A stretch of 64,000 bases of DNA from Octopus bimaculoides (GCF_001194135.2 NC_068989.1:7116993-7180992); one strand, 5' to 3'; shown: positions 38,108 through 49,019, counted from the stretch's first letter. The notes: generated by a model from the sequence alone, not told the origin. Made by a program: numbers and translations.

Positions 38108-38246
38108 TCGAAAAATACCTTAGGAATGAGAGCCCAGGTTCGAAATTTCCCCAAAACACCTGAAGAAGGCTGGAGGGTATATCAGCCGAAACGTTGTGTT
38201 AGCAACAAACAAGATGAGGACAAATATCCGTCAAATGTAAATAATG
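37913..38246 (+). mobile_element. Family E: tRNA-headed, hammerhead-bearing SINE with inverted 5' extension and TSD
   Basis: Inverted copy of the 3' tail (37913-37997), then a 5'-truncated tRNA-like head (GGTTTAAGAGCGCGGGCTACTAACCCCAAGATTCC), (AAT)n, the hammerhead motif and the tail. Flanked by direct repeat TAAAACAAATTCT at 37890-37902 and 38247-38259. Confidence 0.85.
38155..38200 (+). ncRNA. Minimal type-I hammerhead ribozyme motif (PLE-type)
   Basis: AACAC-CUGAAGA-A-GGCUG(gagggtatat)CAGCC-GAA-ACGU-U^GUGUU: 5-bp stem I, 5-bp stem II, palindromic ACGU stem III, predicted cleavage after 38195. Folded by eye; activity untested. Confidence 0.7.
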
Positions 38247-38623
38247 TAAAACAAATTCTCATAAGAAATTAGATAAGACATCAATTAGCTGAAGTTTAAA
38301 CTTAAAATAGCTGCAAGCACGAAAATTATGATGGCATACGAGTGAGCCATGGTGTAAGCCTATAGAGACATGCCTTTGCACAGGTAATATTTCCGACAAA
38401 TGGACGTCCAATGTATGAATAAAAGAAGCTGTCTCTAGTCTGAATTACCGGGGTAACAGAAGGAGCAATAATTGTTAGAGAGTAAGAAGCAATCACCGTT
38501 AGAGATATCGACGTGTCGAAATATTGTTCATTCGATAACAGTCGCACTCTTCTTTGGTGTTTTTTTTTTTTGTTTTTACTTTCTGAAGGAGTAACATCAA
38601 TCTTGAAATAGTATTAATAATAT

Positions 38624-39012
38624 AGGCGCAGGAGTGACTGTGTGGTAAGTAGCTTGCTTATCAACCACATGGTTCAGTCCCACTGCGTGGCACCTTGGGC
38701 AAATGTCTTCTACTATGGCCTCGGGCCGACCAAAGCCTTGTGAGTGGATTTGGTAGACGGAAACTGAAAGAAGTTCGTTGTATATATGTATATATATATA
38801 TGTGTATTTGTGTTTCTGTGTTTGTCCCCCCAACATCGCTTGATAGCTGATGCTGGTGTGTTTGCGTCCCCGTAACCTAGCGTTTCGGCAAAAGAGACCG
38901 ATAGAATAAGTACTAGGCTTACAAAGAATAAGTCCTGGGGTCGATCTGCTCGACTAAAGGCGGTGCTCCAGCATGGCCGCAGTCAAATGACTGAAACAAG
39001 TAAAGAGAGAGA
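38624..39012 (+). mobile_element. SINE family A, full-length reference copy (small deletion in B-box region)
   Basis: GGCGCAGGAGTGACTGTGTGGTAAG head, CORE-like GGCACCTTGGGCAAATGTC, internal (TA)n, 3' end CAGTCAAATGACTGAAACAAGTAAAGAGAG, then (AAT)n. Confidence 0.9.
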
Positions 39013-39039
39013 ATAATAATAATAATAATAATAATAATT

Positions 39040-39215
39040 TTGACACAAGGCCAGCAATTTTAAGGGAAGGGGCAAGTAGATTACATCCACATTAGTTCTC
39101 AATTGGTACTTATTTTATCGACCCCGAAAGGGTGAAAAGCAAAGTTGACCTCAACGGAATTTGAGCTCAGAACATAAAAGACAGATGAAATGCTGCTAAT
39201 CATTTTGTCCGCCGT
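39040..39215 (-). mobile_element. SINE family B, tail-to-tail with the family A copy across one (AAT)n
   Basis: Plus strand reads GGTACTTATTTTATCGACCCCGAAAGGGTGAAAAGCAAAGTTGACC...GAATTTGAGCTCAGAAC. Confidence 0.8.
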
Positions 39216-39724
39216 GAATAAGAAGAAGAAAAGAAAAGAAAAAGCAGAAGAATTTCTTTTATTTGTATATATCTTTTTTTTTAATGTTATTTCATTGTTG
39301 TTTTAAATAACAACAGAAATAAAAATGATAATAAACATACGTCTGGTGATTTTCAATGCTTTGATCGCTATTCGTTCGTAAACTTCCGGTACAAAACATT
39401 ATGACGTGGCAGTTAGTGTTTAAAGGAAATAATTCTTTTAAGCAAGCATTTTCAAAATGATCGGAAAAAAAGCAAAAGTATATATTCTTAAAGAATAAAC
39501 AAATAAATATTATTGATTTTTCTTCTTTTCTTTTTTTAGTTTTATTTTATTTTTAATTATTATTATGGTTTGTTTTTTTTTGGCCTTTTCTCTCTATAAC
39601 TTGGTCATTTTTCAACAATGGCAAAAAAATTTTTTTAAACTGAGAAAAATTTTGTTAAAGTATCTAGAATTGCAAATGTTTTCATTATCCTCGTTTATCA
39701 CTGATTTATTCAACACTGATTAAG

Positions 39725-40022
39725 GATACCAGGACATGCTCATTGCGAACTGCGTCACGTTTATCACGGATTGTTCTGTGACATCACAGGTTGTGGATCA
39801 GTCAAAGATTTTACTTGGACACCAAAAGCCTGCCCCATCGATCATCCACACTGCTCAGGACAACTTGGGGTCTCGGAACGAAACCCATTTTACTCATGTG
39901 GTCTATTATTCATTTAACACGGATTCAATTAACATGGTGCTCACTTTTTTTTTTTGTTTTTCTTCTTAGGAACCAAACATTCATGATATATGAGAAAGCT
40001 GTATCAATGTGGATACCATCAG
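39725..40022 (+). CDS. Candidate exon pair (39725-~39900 Cys/His-rich; 39970-40022)
   Basis: Open frame IPGHAHCELRHVYHGLFCDITGCGSVKDFTWTPKACPIDHPHCSGQLG in non-repetitive DNA; strong acceptor T-tract-CTTCTTAG|G at 39969 and possible donor CAG|GTGGTG. All three plus frames are partly open, so this is weak. Confidence 0.2.
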
Positions 40023-40289
40023 GTGGTGGAATGGCTAAATCATAAAAGAGTGGGACAAAATGTCTTGTAGTATTTAGTTCCGACCTTTTATGTTCTGTGT
40101 CGAAACATCGCTGGGATTAACTTTTCCTTTCACATTTCGGGAATTCTGAAGTCGATTTAGTTGAATGATATCGTTTGTTTTCCAGACTTGCACAAAAAAG
40201 TAGCGGACGTAAAAATAGTAAACGTGTCTTCTTCGTGTTATTTGTTGTTTTGGTGAATTCTTACTCGAACTAGTATTATTCCTGGAAGA

Positions 40290-41075
40290 AGGCGGTGAGT
40301 TATCTCGTTAGAGCGTAGCAGAATTTTCTTTCGATTCTTTACCATTTGAGTTCAAATACCATCGAGGTCAGCTTTACCGTTCATCCTTATTTTAGGGGTC
40401 GATAAAATAAAGTGTTAGCCGGTGTAATCGACTTATCCCCTCCGCTCAAAATTTCTGCGCTTGTATCAAAATCAGAATAATTTTTTGATAAGAATAATTC
40501 TTTTAGAAAGAATAATTTGTGTCCGAAAGACATCGTGATGGAACAATAATACCAATGAATTCCTGGACTTAACGACATACATGTCGCATCTGTTGTTGTG
40601 TCACACGCAAGTCAGAGAACAATTATCAAAGCAATTTATAAAACACACTTATTTTCGATATATCGAACAACAGACGTTATTCAATGAAGTAAGGAAAAGG
40701 ATGAAACAATTTGAAATAGAACTGATCAGAGGTCGTATGAAAACGTAGCGGTAAGAGAAATTTAAAACATGTCGGTCACAGTTAGACAACAATGTGGAAA
40801 CCATGACGTATTAATGAGATAAAACTTCTGGGTGAGGTCTTAGTAATAGCAGCAGATACAGGAAATTTAAATGGCGAAATGAATGCCGCGAGTTAGCAAA
40901 ATCGTCAGTACGTCGAGAGAAAAGTTCAGCAGCATTTCTAGCTCTTTAGATTTTTAATTCGAATCTGACATCTTCAACTTCACTTTCATCCCTTCGGGGG
41001 TCAATTTAGATAACTATCAGTTAAATACTGGGGTTAATATAATGGACTTGTCCACTCTTCTCAAAATCGTTAGCC
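40290..41075 (+). mobile_element. Two old SINE family B copies (~40290-40470, ~40880-41075)
   Basis: Degenerate GAGTTCAAATACC...TTCATCCTT..GGGGTCGATAAAATAAAG and TTTCATCCCTTCGGGGGTC cores. Confidence 0.65.
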
Positions 41076-43427
41076 TTGAACCCTGTACTGGACGGGCGTC
41101 TTCTTCAAGATGAGCGTTGTGATCTTGACCACTTATACGCCATGGAAGCCGGATAACCGTCCTTATGATTCCTAGGGCTCAACAAAAAAATAGACAGATG
41201 ATCTTGTGTGCTATTAGCGAGCGATTTCCTGATTCTTAGGACTGAGTCTCTTATACATATTGAATCTTCGTCCATTTTGGTATCTGAGGGTCGGCGATAA
41301 CGGTTGCTGTTATGCTAAGTGGGTGCATAGACATTCAAGCCGTACTTCGGTGGAGCTAAACTCAGCAATACAAAATAAACGTAACTCGAGTAAAACAAAC
41401 GAAACGCACGACTTGGCACCTTCTTGCAGCTTATTTGACAGATACATTCAACACCATGAATACTGAATATTACTCAGAAACATGCAGAGAGTTTCACACA
41501 CCACAGTTGAGTATCCATTGTATTATTCTATTCTTGCCTTCACCACTCGAGGCAGTTCTTAACGGCTGTACTAATAATAAAATAATCTGCAACGTTTTAA
41601 CTCCTGTCAAAAATTCTGTGGAGTTCAAAATTTTCTTTTTACAAAAAGATCATCGATAAATTCGAATCAATTTTCAAGAAGAACTGTGAAATGATTGTTT
41701 CAAAGCAACTGGTCTTTTTGCGCACGTAAAAAGTAAAATAAAATTCCACGTCGATCAAGATTAGCAGCGTTAACAACAGTGATGGTTTCCAATGCAACAT
41801 TTGTCCTTCTCTAGATTAAAGACGTAGTTGTGTTACTGAGGCTATATACAGCCTTTTGTTTTCGCATTTTCTTAACAACAGAATGTCAGGACCAACGAAG
41901 GAGTGTCAATGCAGTTGCTTGACTTCATAAACATAGCGGGCAAACCTCCACCAAATCACATCATACTGACTTACATAATGTATGTAAGCTTACGTACACT
42001 ATGTTTGGGAAATAAAGCATAAATGGTGGCCGTATCAAACCGTTTTAAACTCAGGGCTGACCCGGAGCTAGGTGATGCTTTCAATCTGAGATCCCGCAAT
42101 ATCCTCGCTTCTGCTGACAGAATTTCTCTGTGATGCCAGAGGTAGAGAGAGAGACAGAGACAGACAGACAGACAGAATGACAGAGAGAGACAGACAGACA
42201 GACAGACAGAGACAGGCAGACAGAAAGAGACAGACAGGGACAGGAACAGATAGACAGACAGACAGGGGAAGGGAGGGAGAAGAGAGGCGTTTCCGTTATC
42301 TTCCCCGAGCTCATACTAAGACCTGTCCTGAGCATTGTAGACTTAGCAAACACCCCTTTCTTACCAAGTGATTTTGTTGTTGGCCTCCAACTTTTTGCGT
42401 TTGCAGGATGCTAATTTACATTGTTGCGGTTAATGTTAAGCTTCTTGACCATCTATACAAGTACAAGTGACGTTGGATGTTGTAACTAGTTCTCCGTCAA
42501 TATTTACTAAAAGAAAATGCTGTCTTATTGCCCATTCAAACATCAAATTAAACGGTAACATAATATACTAGAATTTCTCAGAAGACACTGAAGATCAAAT
42601 AAAACGATTGTATTTCAGAAGCTTCGCATACAAATAGAATACATTAAGCACAAAATTAAAATTTACACCAAATACAAAAAGTAATATTAGATTCCTTAAC
42701 ACAACGGAGTTCACCATACATATATTCACACGCGCATGCGCCGGTCCATTTGTAATAACATTTTTATTCAGGTATTCGTTTACATAGTTTTAACAGGAAA
42801 CAATAGAATTGTAAGAAATATATTGGTTTAGAAAGTTGGAACTTTTACACGAATCTGTTAGTCTGTAGATAATTGTTTGAGAGAATTAGTGTGAGAGAGG
42901 AAGTAAATAAATGATATTGTAGCTGTCAGTTACCAGACTGATATATGGACGTGTGAAAAGTCTTCATAAGAATTTTCATTTCGGAGATACGTATATGTAT
43001 ATGTGCATACATAATTTGGTTATAAGGATTCGCAAGGTTTAGGTTGGCCCGAGATTCTAATAAAAAAGACCCTTAGGAAGCAGGATTCTTACCACCCAGC
43101 CACACCTGCGCCTACCTATATATATATATATATATATATNNNNNNNNNNNNNNNNNNNNNNNNNNNNNNNNNNNNNNNNNNNNNNNNNNNNNNNNNNNNN
43201 NNNNNNNNNNNNNNNNNNNNNNNNNNNNNNNNNNNNNNNNNNNNNNNNNNNNNNNNNNNNNNNNNNNNNNNNNNNNNNNNNNNNNNNNNNNNNNNNNNNN
43301 NNNNNNNNNNNNNNNNNNNNNNNNNNNNNNNNNNNNNNNNNNNNNNNNNNNNNNNNNNNNNNNNNNNNNNNNNNNNNNNNNNNNNNNNNNNNNNNNNNNN
43401 NNNNNNNNNNNNNNNNNNNNNNNNNNN

Positions 43428-43464
<37 letters not shown>

Positions 43465-43466
<2 letters not shown>

Positions 43467-43625
43467 GACGGACTTCTTTCAGTTTCTGTCTACCAAATCT
43501 ACTCACAAAGCTTTGGCCGGCCTGAAGCTATAATAGAAGACACTTGTCCAAGGTGTCACGCTGTGGGACTGAACCCGGAGCCATGTAGTTGGGAAGCAAG
43601 CTTCTTACCACAGCTAAGCCTGCCC
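43465..43625 (-). mobile_element. SINE family A, 5' half abutting (TA)n and gap
   Basis: CGACGGACTTCTTTCAGTTTCTGTCTACCAAATCTACTCACAAAGC...GTGGGACTGAACCCGG. Confidence 0.85.
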
Positions 43626-43977
43626 CTACATATAGATACATGTGCGTGAGTGTGCGCGCGTGGATATATAGTTACGTATACATATGTGTGTACGCAGAAT
43701 ATAAAACTAAGATGGCGGTTAAATATTCGCAGGTTTCAGACGCCAACGAGATTGCTACACAATATTGATACTCATAAATGATTCATGGCTTTAACAAATC
43801 TGGCAAAAACATGGAAGCGGTCTGTTGTAGCTTCATTGAATTTTTTAATGAGATATGAGTGAGTTGATGGCTGGCTATATGTATGTATTTGTATATGTAT
43901 GTACACATATGTATGTATGCATTTAGATACGTATATATATATACATACATATATATATATATACATACATACATACA

Positions 43978-44042
<65 letters not shown>

Positions 44043-44255
44043 TTACATATGTATGCATGTATCCATTTATGTATGTATATATATACATCTGTACGTTTGT
44101 ATGTATGTATGTATGTAAGGCATTTATATATGTTTAGATATATGATATGATATGTATATATATATACATATGCATGTATGTATATGTGTGTATGCATTTA
44201 TATATGTATGCGTGCGTATTTTTGTATACGTCTACATACATACATGCACACACGT

Positions 44256-44514
44256 GAGCTGGCAGAAACGTTAGCACGCAGGGCGAAATGCTTAGCGGTA
44301 TTTCGTCTGCCGCTACGTTCTGAGTTCAATTTCCACCGAGGTCCACTTTGCCTTTCATCCTTTCGGGGTCGATTAAATAAGTACCAGTTACGCACTGGGG
44401 TCGATTAAATAAGTACCAGTTACGCACTGGGGTCGATATAATCGGCTCAATCCGTTTGTCTGTCCTTGTTTGTCCCCTTTGTGTGTAGCCCCTTGTGGGC
44501 AGTAAAGAAATAAG
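44256..44514 (+). mobile_element. SINE family B, tail type 2, with internal 32-bp tandem duplication
   Basis: Head GTGAGCTGGCAGAAACG, core, duplicated unit 44365-44396 / 44397-44428, tail TTTGTCTGTCCTTGTTTGTCCCC...CCCCTTGTGGGCAGTAAAGAAATAAG. Confidence 0.9.
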
Positions 44515-44690
44515 AACGTTGACTCACACAGTCAGGAACCGTTCCATTTTTATCATAATATCAGATCGATAAAACACAATACCCGGGCAGTCAACAACGT
44601 AGCTGTTCCAGTACTTGAATTAATTTTGTCTTCACTGTCACATATTGAAGGGAAGACAAGGGGAAATGGTGCGTGTATACACAAGGTGGG

Positions 44691-44900
44691 GGAGGCACGT
44701 TGCTTAGTGGTTAAGGTGTTGGACTCGTGATCGTAAGATTACGGTTTCTATTCCTGGACTGGGCAACGTGTTGTGTTCTTGAGCAAATCACTTCATTTCA
44801 GGTTGCTCCAGTCCACTCAGCTGGGAAAAAGGATTAATCCTGCGACGGACCGGAGTCCCGTCCAGGTGGGGAATATCCACGCCACGGAAACCGGGAAACC
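44691..44900 (+). mobile_element. tRNA-headed SINE family D (V/Meta-like core)
   Basis: GGAGGCACGTTGCTTAGTGGTTAAGG head; core GTGTTGTGTTCTTGAGCAAA.CACTTCATTTCA.GTTGCTCCAGTCCACTCAGCTG, shared with 62434. Confidence 0.75.
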
Positions 44901-46039
44901 AGTCACAAGTGTCTATATGATTCGAGAAGGATCTTCATCTATACACATGGTGAGGACAGAGGAGGCGACAGGATAGGTTGTACTTGTAGCTCAAAGAATA
45001 CTCGACTAATTACACGCTAATTTAATAAGCAGGTTAATTCATTGAATCAAACAATAGAACACTCATCATCGAAACCGACGGAGTTCCGTTTACTGACAAC
45101 AAACATATGCATGTATTTATATAAGCGCATCTATATATATGCATGCATATCAATATGTATCTAATTTCATGTGTGTATATGTCTAACGCTTGTATATATA
45201 TAAGTGTTCATAAGTGTATATATGCATACATACCTATGTGTGTATGTATGTGTGTGTGTGTCTGTGTGTTTCAATATGCAAATGTATAAATGTGTATTGA
45301 TATCTAATCGTATATGTTTAAACGTGAATGAGCACTTAAAATAAATGCATGTGTATGTGTAGCTATGTATATACGTGTGTACATGTCCATATATGTATGC
45401 ATATCGAAGACTGTGAAAGATGGTTTCTTTTATATGAACGGTAATGATAAGTTGATGTTGAAAGAGAGCAGCTTATGATGTCCCCTTTGGCAGACGTTTT
45501 CGAGGCCTCTGTTCACAAAAGCAGTTCAAACGAGGCGTTAAGGTTGCATGAGGGTGACACTAGATATGTGAAAGGTTAAAGACGAGTGAAAGGTAATATA
45601 ATAATATAATCACCATGGAAAGACGTGTGGTTAGAGATGTAACAGCAATCAGCGCTGTTAAGCGGAGAAACGAGTAGGAGACGTGAACAAATTAGACTTG
45701 TATTGGTAGAATGTGAGTTGGAGTGAACACATCGAGCATATGTTGTAACAGAAATAATTTGAAATGCAGTCTAGAAAGGGTGATGATAGAAATAACGAGT
45801 ATGGTGGTCGAAATTATACAGTATGGTTGTATTAGTTGTAATGGTTGCAGCGTCAGCGGTGGCATTAGTGATTGCGTTTATTATACATACATACATGCAT
45901 GCATACATACATACATACATACATACATACATACATACATACATACATACATACACGCATATATATATATATTATGATTGACCGTTGACTGAACACTATT
46001 CAATTTTTTTTCTCCGTGTTTTTCTCCTTGTCTCCGTAT

Positions 46040-46076
46040 TCTTTCTGTTGAAGAGCGTAGCTCGAAACGTTAAAGA
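46040..46076 (+). ncRNA. Hammerhead-like motif, second family (core variant A6>U)
   Basis: UCUUU-CUGUUGA-A-GAGC(gua)GCUC-GAA-ACGU-U^AAAGA: stems I and II pair and stem III is palindromic, but the core reads CUGUUGA. Confidence 0.5.
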
Positions 46077-47109
46077 CTTTCCGTATTCCCGAGCGTCATA
46101 CTAATACATCCTTTTGTTGTTTACACCACCTGTCCTCGTCTGTTGTTGTTTTTTTCGTACATTCTTCCANNNNNNNNNNNNNNNNNNNNNNNNNNNNNNN
46201 NNNNNNNNNNNNNNNNNNNNNNNNNNNNNNNNNNNNNNNNNNNNNNNNNNNNNNNNNNNNNNNNNNNNNNNNNNNNNNNNNNNNNNNNNNNNNNNNNNNN
46301 NNNNNNNNNNNNNNNNNNNNNNNNNNNNNNNNNNNNNNNNNNNNNNNNNNNNNNNNNNNNNNNNNNNNNNNNNNNNNNNNNNNNNNNNNNNNNNNNNNNN
46401 NNNNNNNNNNNNNNNNNNNNNNNNNNNNNNNNNNNNNNNNNNNNNNNNNNNNNNNNNNNNNNNNNNNNNNNNNNNNNNNNNNNNNNNNNNNNNNNNNNNN
46501 NNNNNNNNNNNNNNNNNNNNNNNNNNNNNNNNNNNNNNNNNNNNNNNNNNNNNNNNNNNNNNNNNNNNNNNNNNNNNNNNNNNNNNNNNNNNNNNNNNNN
46601 NNNNNNNNNNNNNNNNNNNNNNNNNNNNNNNNNNNNNNNNNNNNNNNNNNNNNNNNNNNNNNNNNNNNNNNNNNNNNNNNNNNNNNNNNNNNNNNNNNNN
46701 NNNNNNNNNNNNNNNNNNNNNNNNNNNNNNNNNNNNNNNNNNNNNNNNNNNNNNNNNNNTCCACAGTCACATATAGAAAAAATTAATAAGCAAATACACT
46801 AAAAAGAACTATAATAAAATACAAAGTAATAAGACTGTGGATTTTCATGGATGAGTTCATGAACTTTGGTTCTTTTCTCTAAATTATATATTTATATATT
46901 ATATACTGTTAAACTTAATTTAATTTTAATTTTTGATAAATTTAATTTAATTGAGTTTTTACCTGTAAATTTGGATTTTTATCCCTAATATTATTATATA
47001 TATATATATACAGCAGAAGCAACAGAGTGACTCATGGGCCGATATTTTAGTGCGCTATAACATACACAGGGTGGGCCAAAAGTCACTACCAAAACATTTG
47101 ATATTTCAT

Positions 47110-47234
47110 TTATTGAAGTTAATATTATAAATTTTTCTTAAATTTATCATTTCATTATTATATATAAACCCCCACTTTATGTCTGTCTTTGTATTGTCCC
47201 CTTCATCTTTCGCCCTAGTGGAAAATAAATGAAA

Positions 47235-47295
<61 letters not shown>
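47110..47295 (+). mobile_element. Tx1-like LINE 3' UTR fragment with (ATT)n
   Basis: AAACCCCCACTTTATGTCTGTCTTTGTATTGTCCCC...CGCCCTAGTGGAAAATAAATGAAATC(ATT)n, homologous to 36485-36560. Confidence 0.75.
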
Positions 47296-47425
47296 GAGAG
47301 TATTGTAGTTCGCTTGAAGCATTGTGTATTGTTTGTAAAGAATAAAAAGTTTAGAATGGTATAACAATGCACTATAGAACAAAAAATGGACTATATACCT
47401 GTTGTAACTTGGTTATCGATAGTCC

Positions 47426-47461
47426 GATGATATTTCAGAATTACAATTCCTTCTTCAGATC
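47426..47461 (-). ncRNA. Hammerhead-like motif, third family
   Basis: Minus strand GAU-CUGAAGA-A-GGAAUU(gu)AAUUCU-GAA-AUAU-C^AUC: intact core, palindromic AUAU stem III, AUC triplet, short 3-bp stem I, G.U closing stem II. Confidence 0.5.
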
Positions 47462-48032
47462 TTATTTGCTGGAGTCTCTGCCGAGACTCCAGNNNNNNNN
47501 NNNNNNNNNNNNNNNNNNNNNNNNNNNNNNNNNNNNNNNNNNNNNNNNNNNNNNNNNNNNNNNNNNNNNNNNNNNNNNNNNNNNNNNNNNNNNNNNNNNN
47601 NNNNNNNNNNNNNNNNNNNNNNNNNNNNNNNNNNNNNNNNNNNNNNNNNNNNNNNNNNNNNNNNNNNNNNNNNNNNNNNNNNNNNNNNNNNNNNNNNNNN
47701 NNNNNNNNNNNNNNNNNNNNNNNNNNNNNNNNNNNNNNNNNNNNNNNNNNNNNNNNNNNNNNNNNNNNNNNNNNNNNNNNNNNNNNNNNNNNNNNNNNNN
47801 NNNNNNNNNNNNNNNNNNNNNNNNNNNNNNNNNNNNNNNNNNNNNNNNNNNNNNNNNNNNNNNNNNNNNNNNNNNNNNNNNNNNNNNNNNNNNNNNNNNN
47901 NNNNNNNNNNNNNNNNNNNNNNNNNNNNNNNNNNNNNNNNNNNNNNATATATATATATATATACATATATATATATTCAAATTCGAATGGGTTAACGGAA
48001 CCTACATAACTGCTTTCCTCAGACTGTTCTTT

Positions 48033-48070
48033 TCTTCTGAAGATGGGCTTTTGTGCCTGAAATATAAAGG
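48033..48070 (+). ncRNA. Hammerhead-like motif, fourth family
   Basis: UCUU-CUGAAGA-U-GGGC(uuuugu)GCCU-GAA-AUAU-A^AAGG: intact core, palindromic AUAU, AUA triplet, 4-bp stem I with one wobble. Confidence 0.5.
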
Positions 48071-48975
48071 TTTTATTAAACTTTTCTACATTACCAGAAG
48101 CTTTTTATTTTCTCTCTCTTTACCTTCTTCGATATTTATATTTATATAAAGAAACCGGAAAATGGAGAAATATTAACGAACAACAATTGACTTATATTAT
48201 ATCATATTAGACTGCTTCATTTTACTACTCCTCAACATAACCTTTACACCCTCTTATAATCATATAATGCCAGTTCCCTTAACTCCTATCATAAATTTAG
48301 ACTATAGAGTGCACAAGAATCCACTCCCCTACCATCCCCACTTAATACTATCTTGATCCTCCACCATAATAATGAATGAATTTGTCTGTATTTTGTAACA
48401 TACTTACCATTCCATACTTATTGTTGGTTTGTTTCGCCTTAGTTTATTCTAAACCACTTTAAGTCAACATTGGCTACTTCTGTTTAATTGGAGAGCCCCC
48501 CCCCCCACTATTGGACTTACTCATTTCACTATCCCCCCACCGCACAACGAAATAATTATTTAACACTTTAATATTAACTGTACATTCTCTTTTAGTTATG
48601 TATCTGCTTGATCATTGTTTGGCATTTTGCAGTTAGCATTTATCTACGTACTGTTAATGCTGTTATGTGTTTTAATTCATGTAGTGGGGAGACCAATTGC
48701 TGAAACTTGCATATGTATGTACCCAAGTACGGGTTAATATTACAATATAATATATATTAAAAATTGATTGGGTATATAGGTGCGTGTGTACTTGAGCGTA
48801 GGGATGTTGTACGTGAGTGTGCATACGTGTATGTGAGTGTATATGGGTGTATATACATATACATATATATATTTATATGAGTGTCTGCATACGCATGTAT
48901 ATGTATGTTGAATTTTTTTTTTTTGTAAGAATGCATGAGCAACTTGTAGTAAGAGCTTGCATCTTACATACATAC

Positions 48976-49019
<44 letters not shown>

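Noticed and set aside
41050-42600. Several short protein-like frames with plausible splice sites on both strands
   Set aside because: Mutually inconsistent strands and phases, and most hit stops; cannot build a gene model.
47067-47090. Mariner-type TIR CAGGGTGGGCCAAAAGT
   Set aside because: No partner TIR or transposase; may simply be part of the adjacent Tx1-like 3' UTR.
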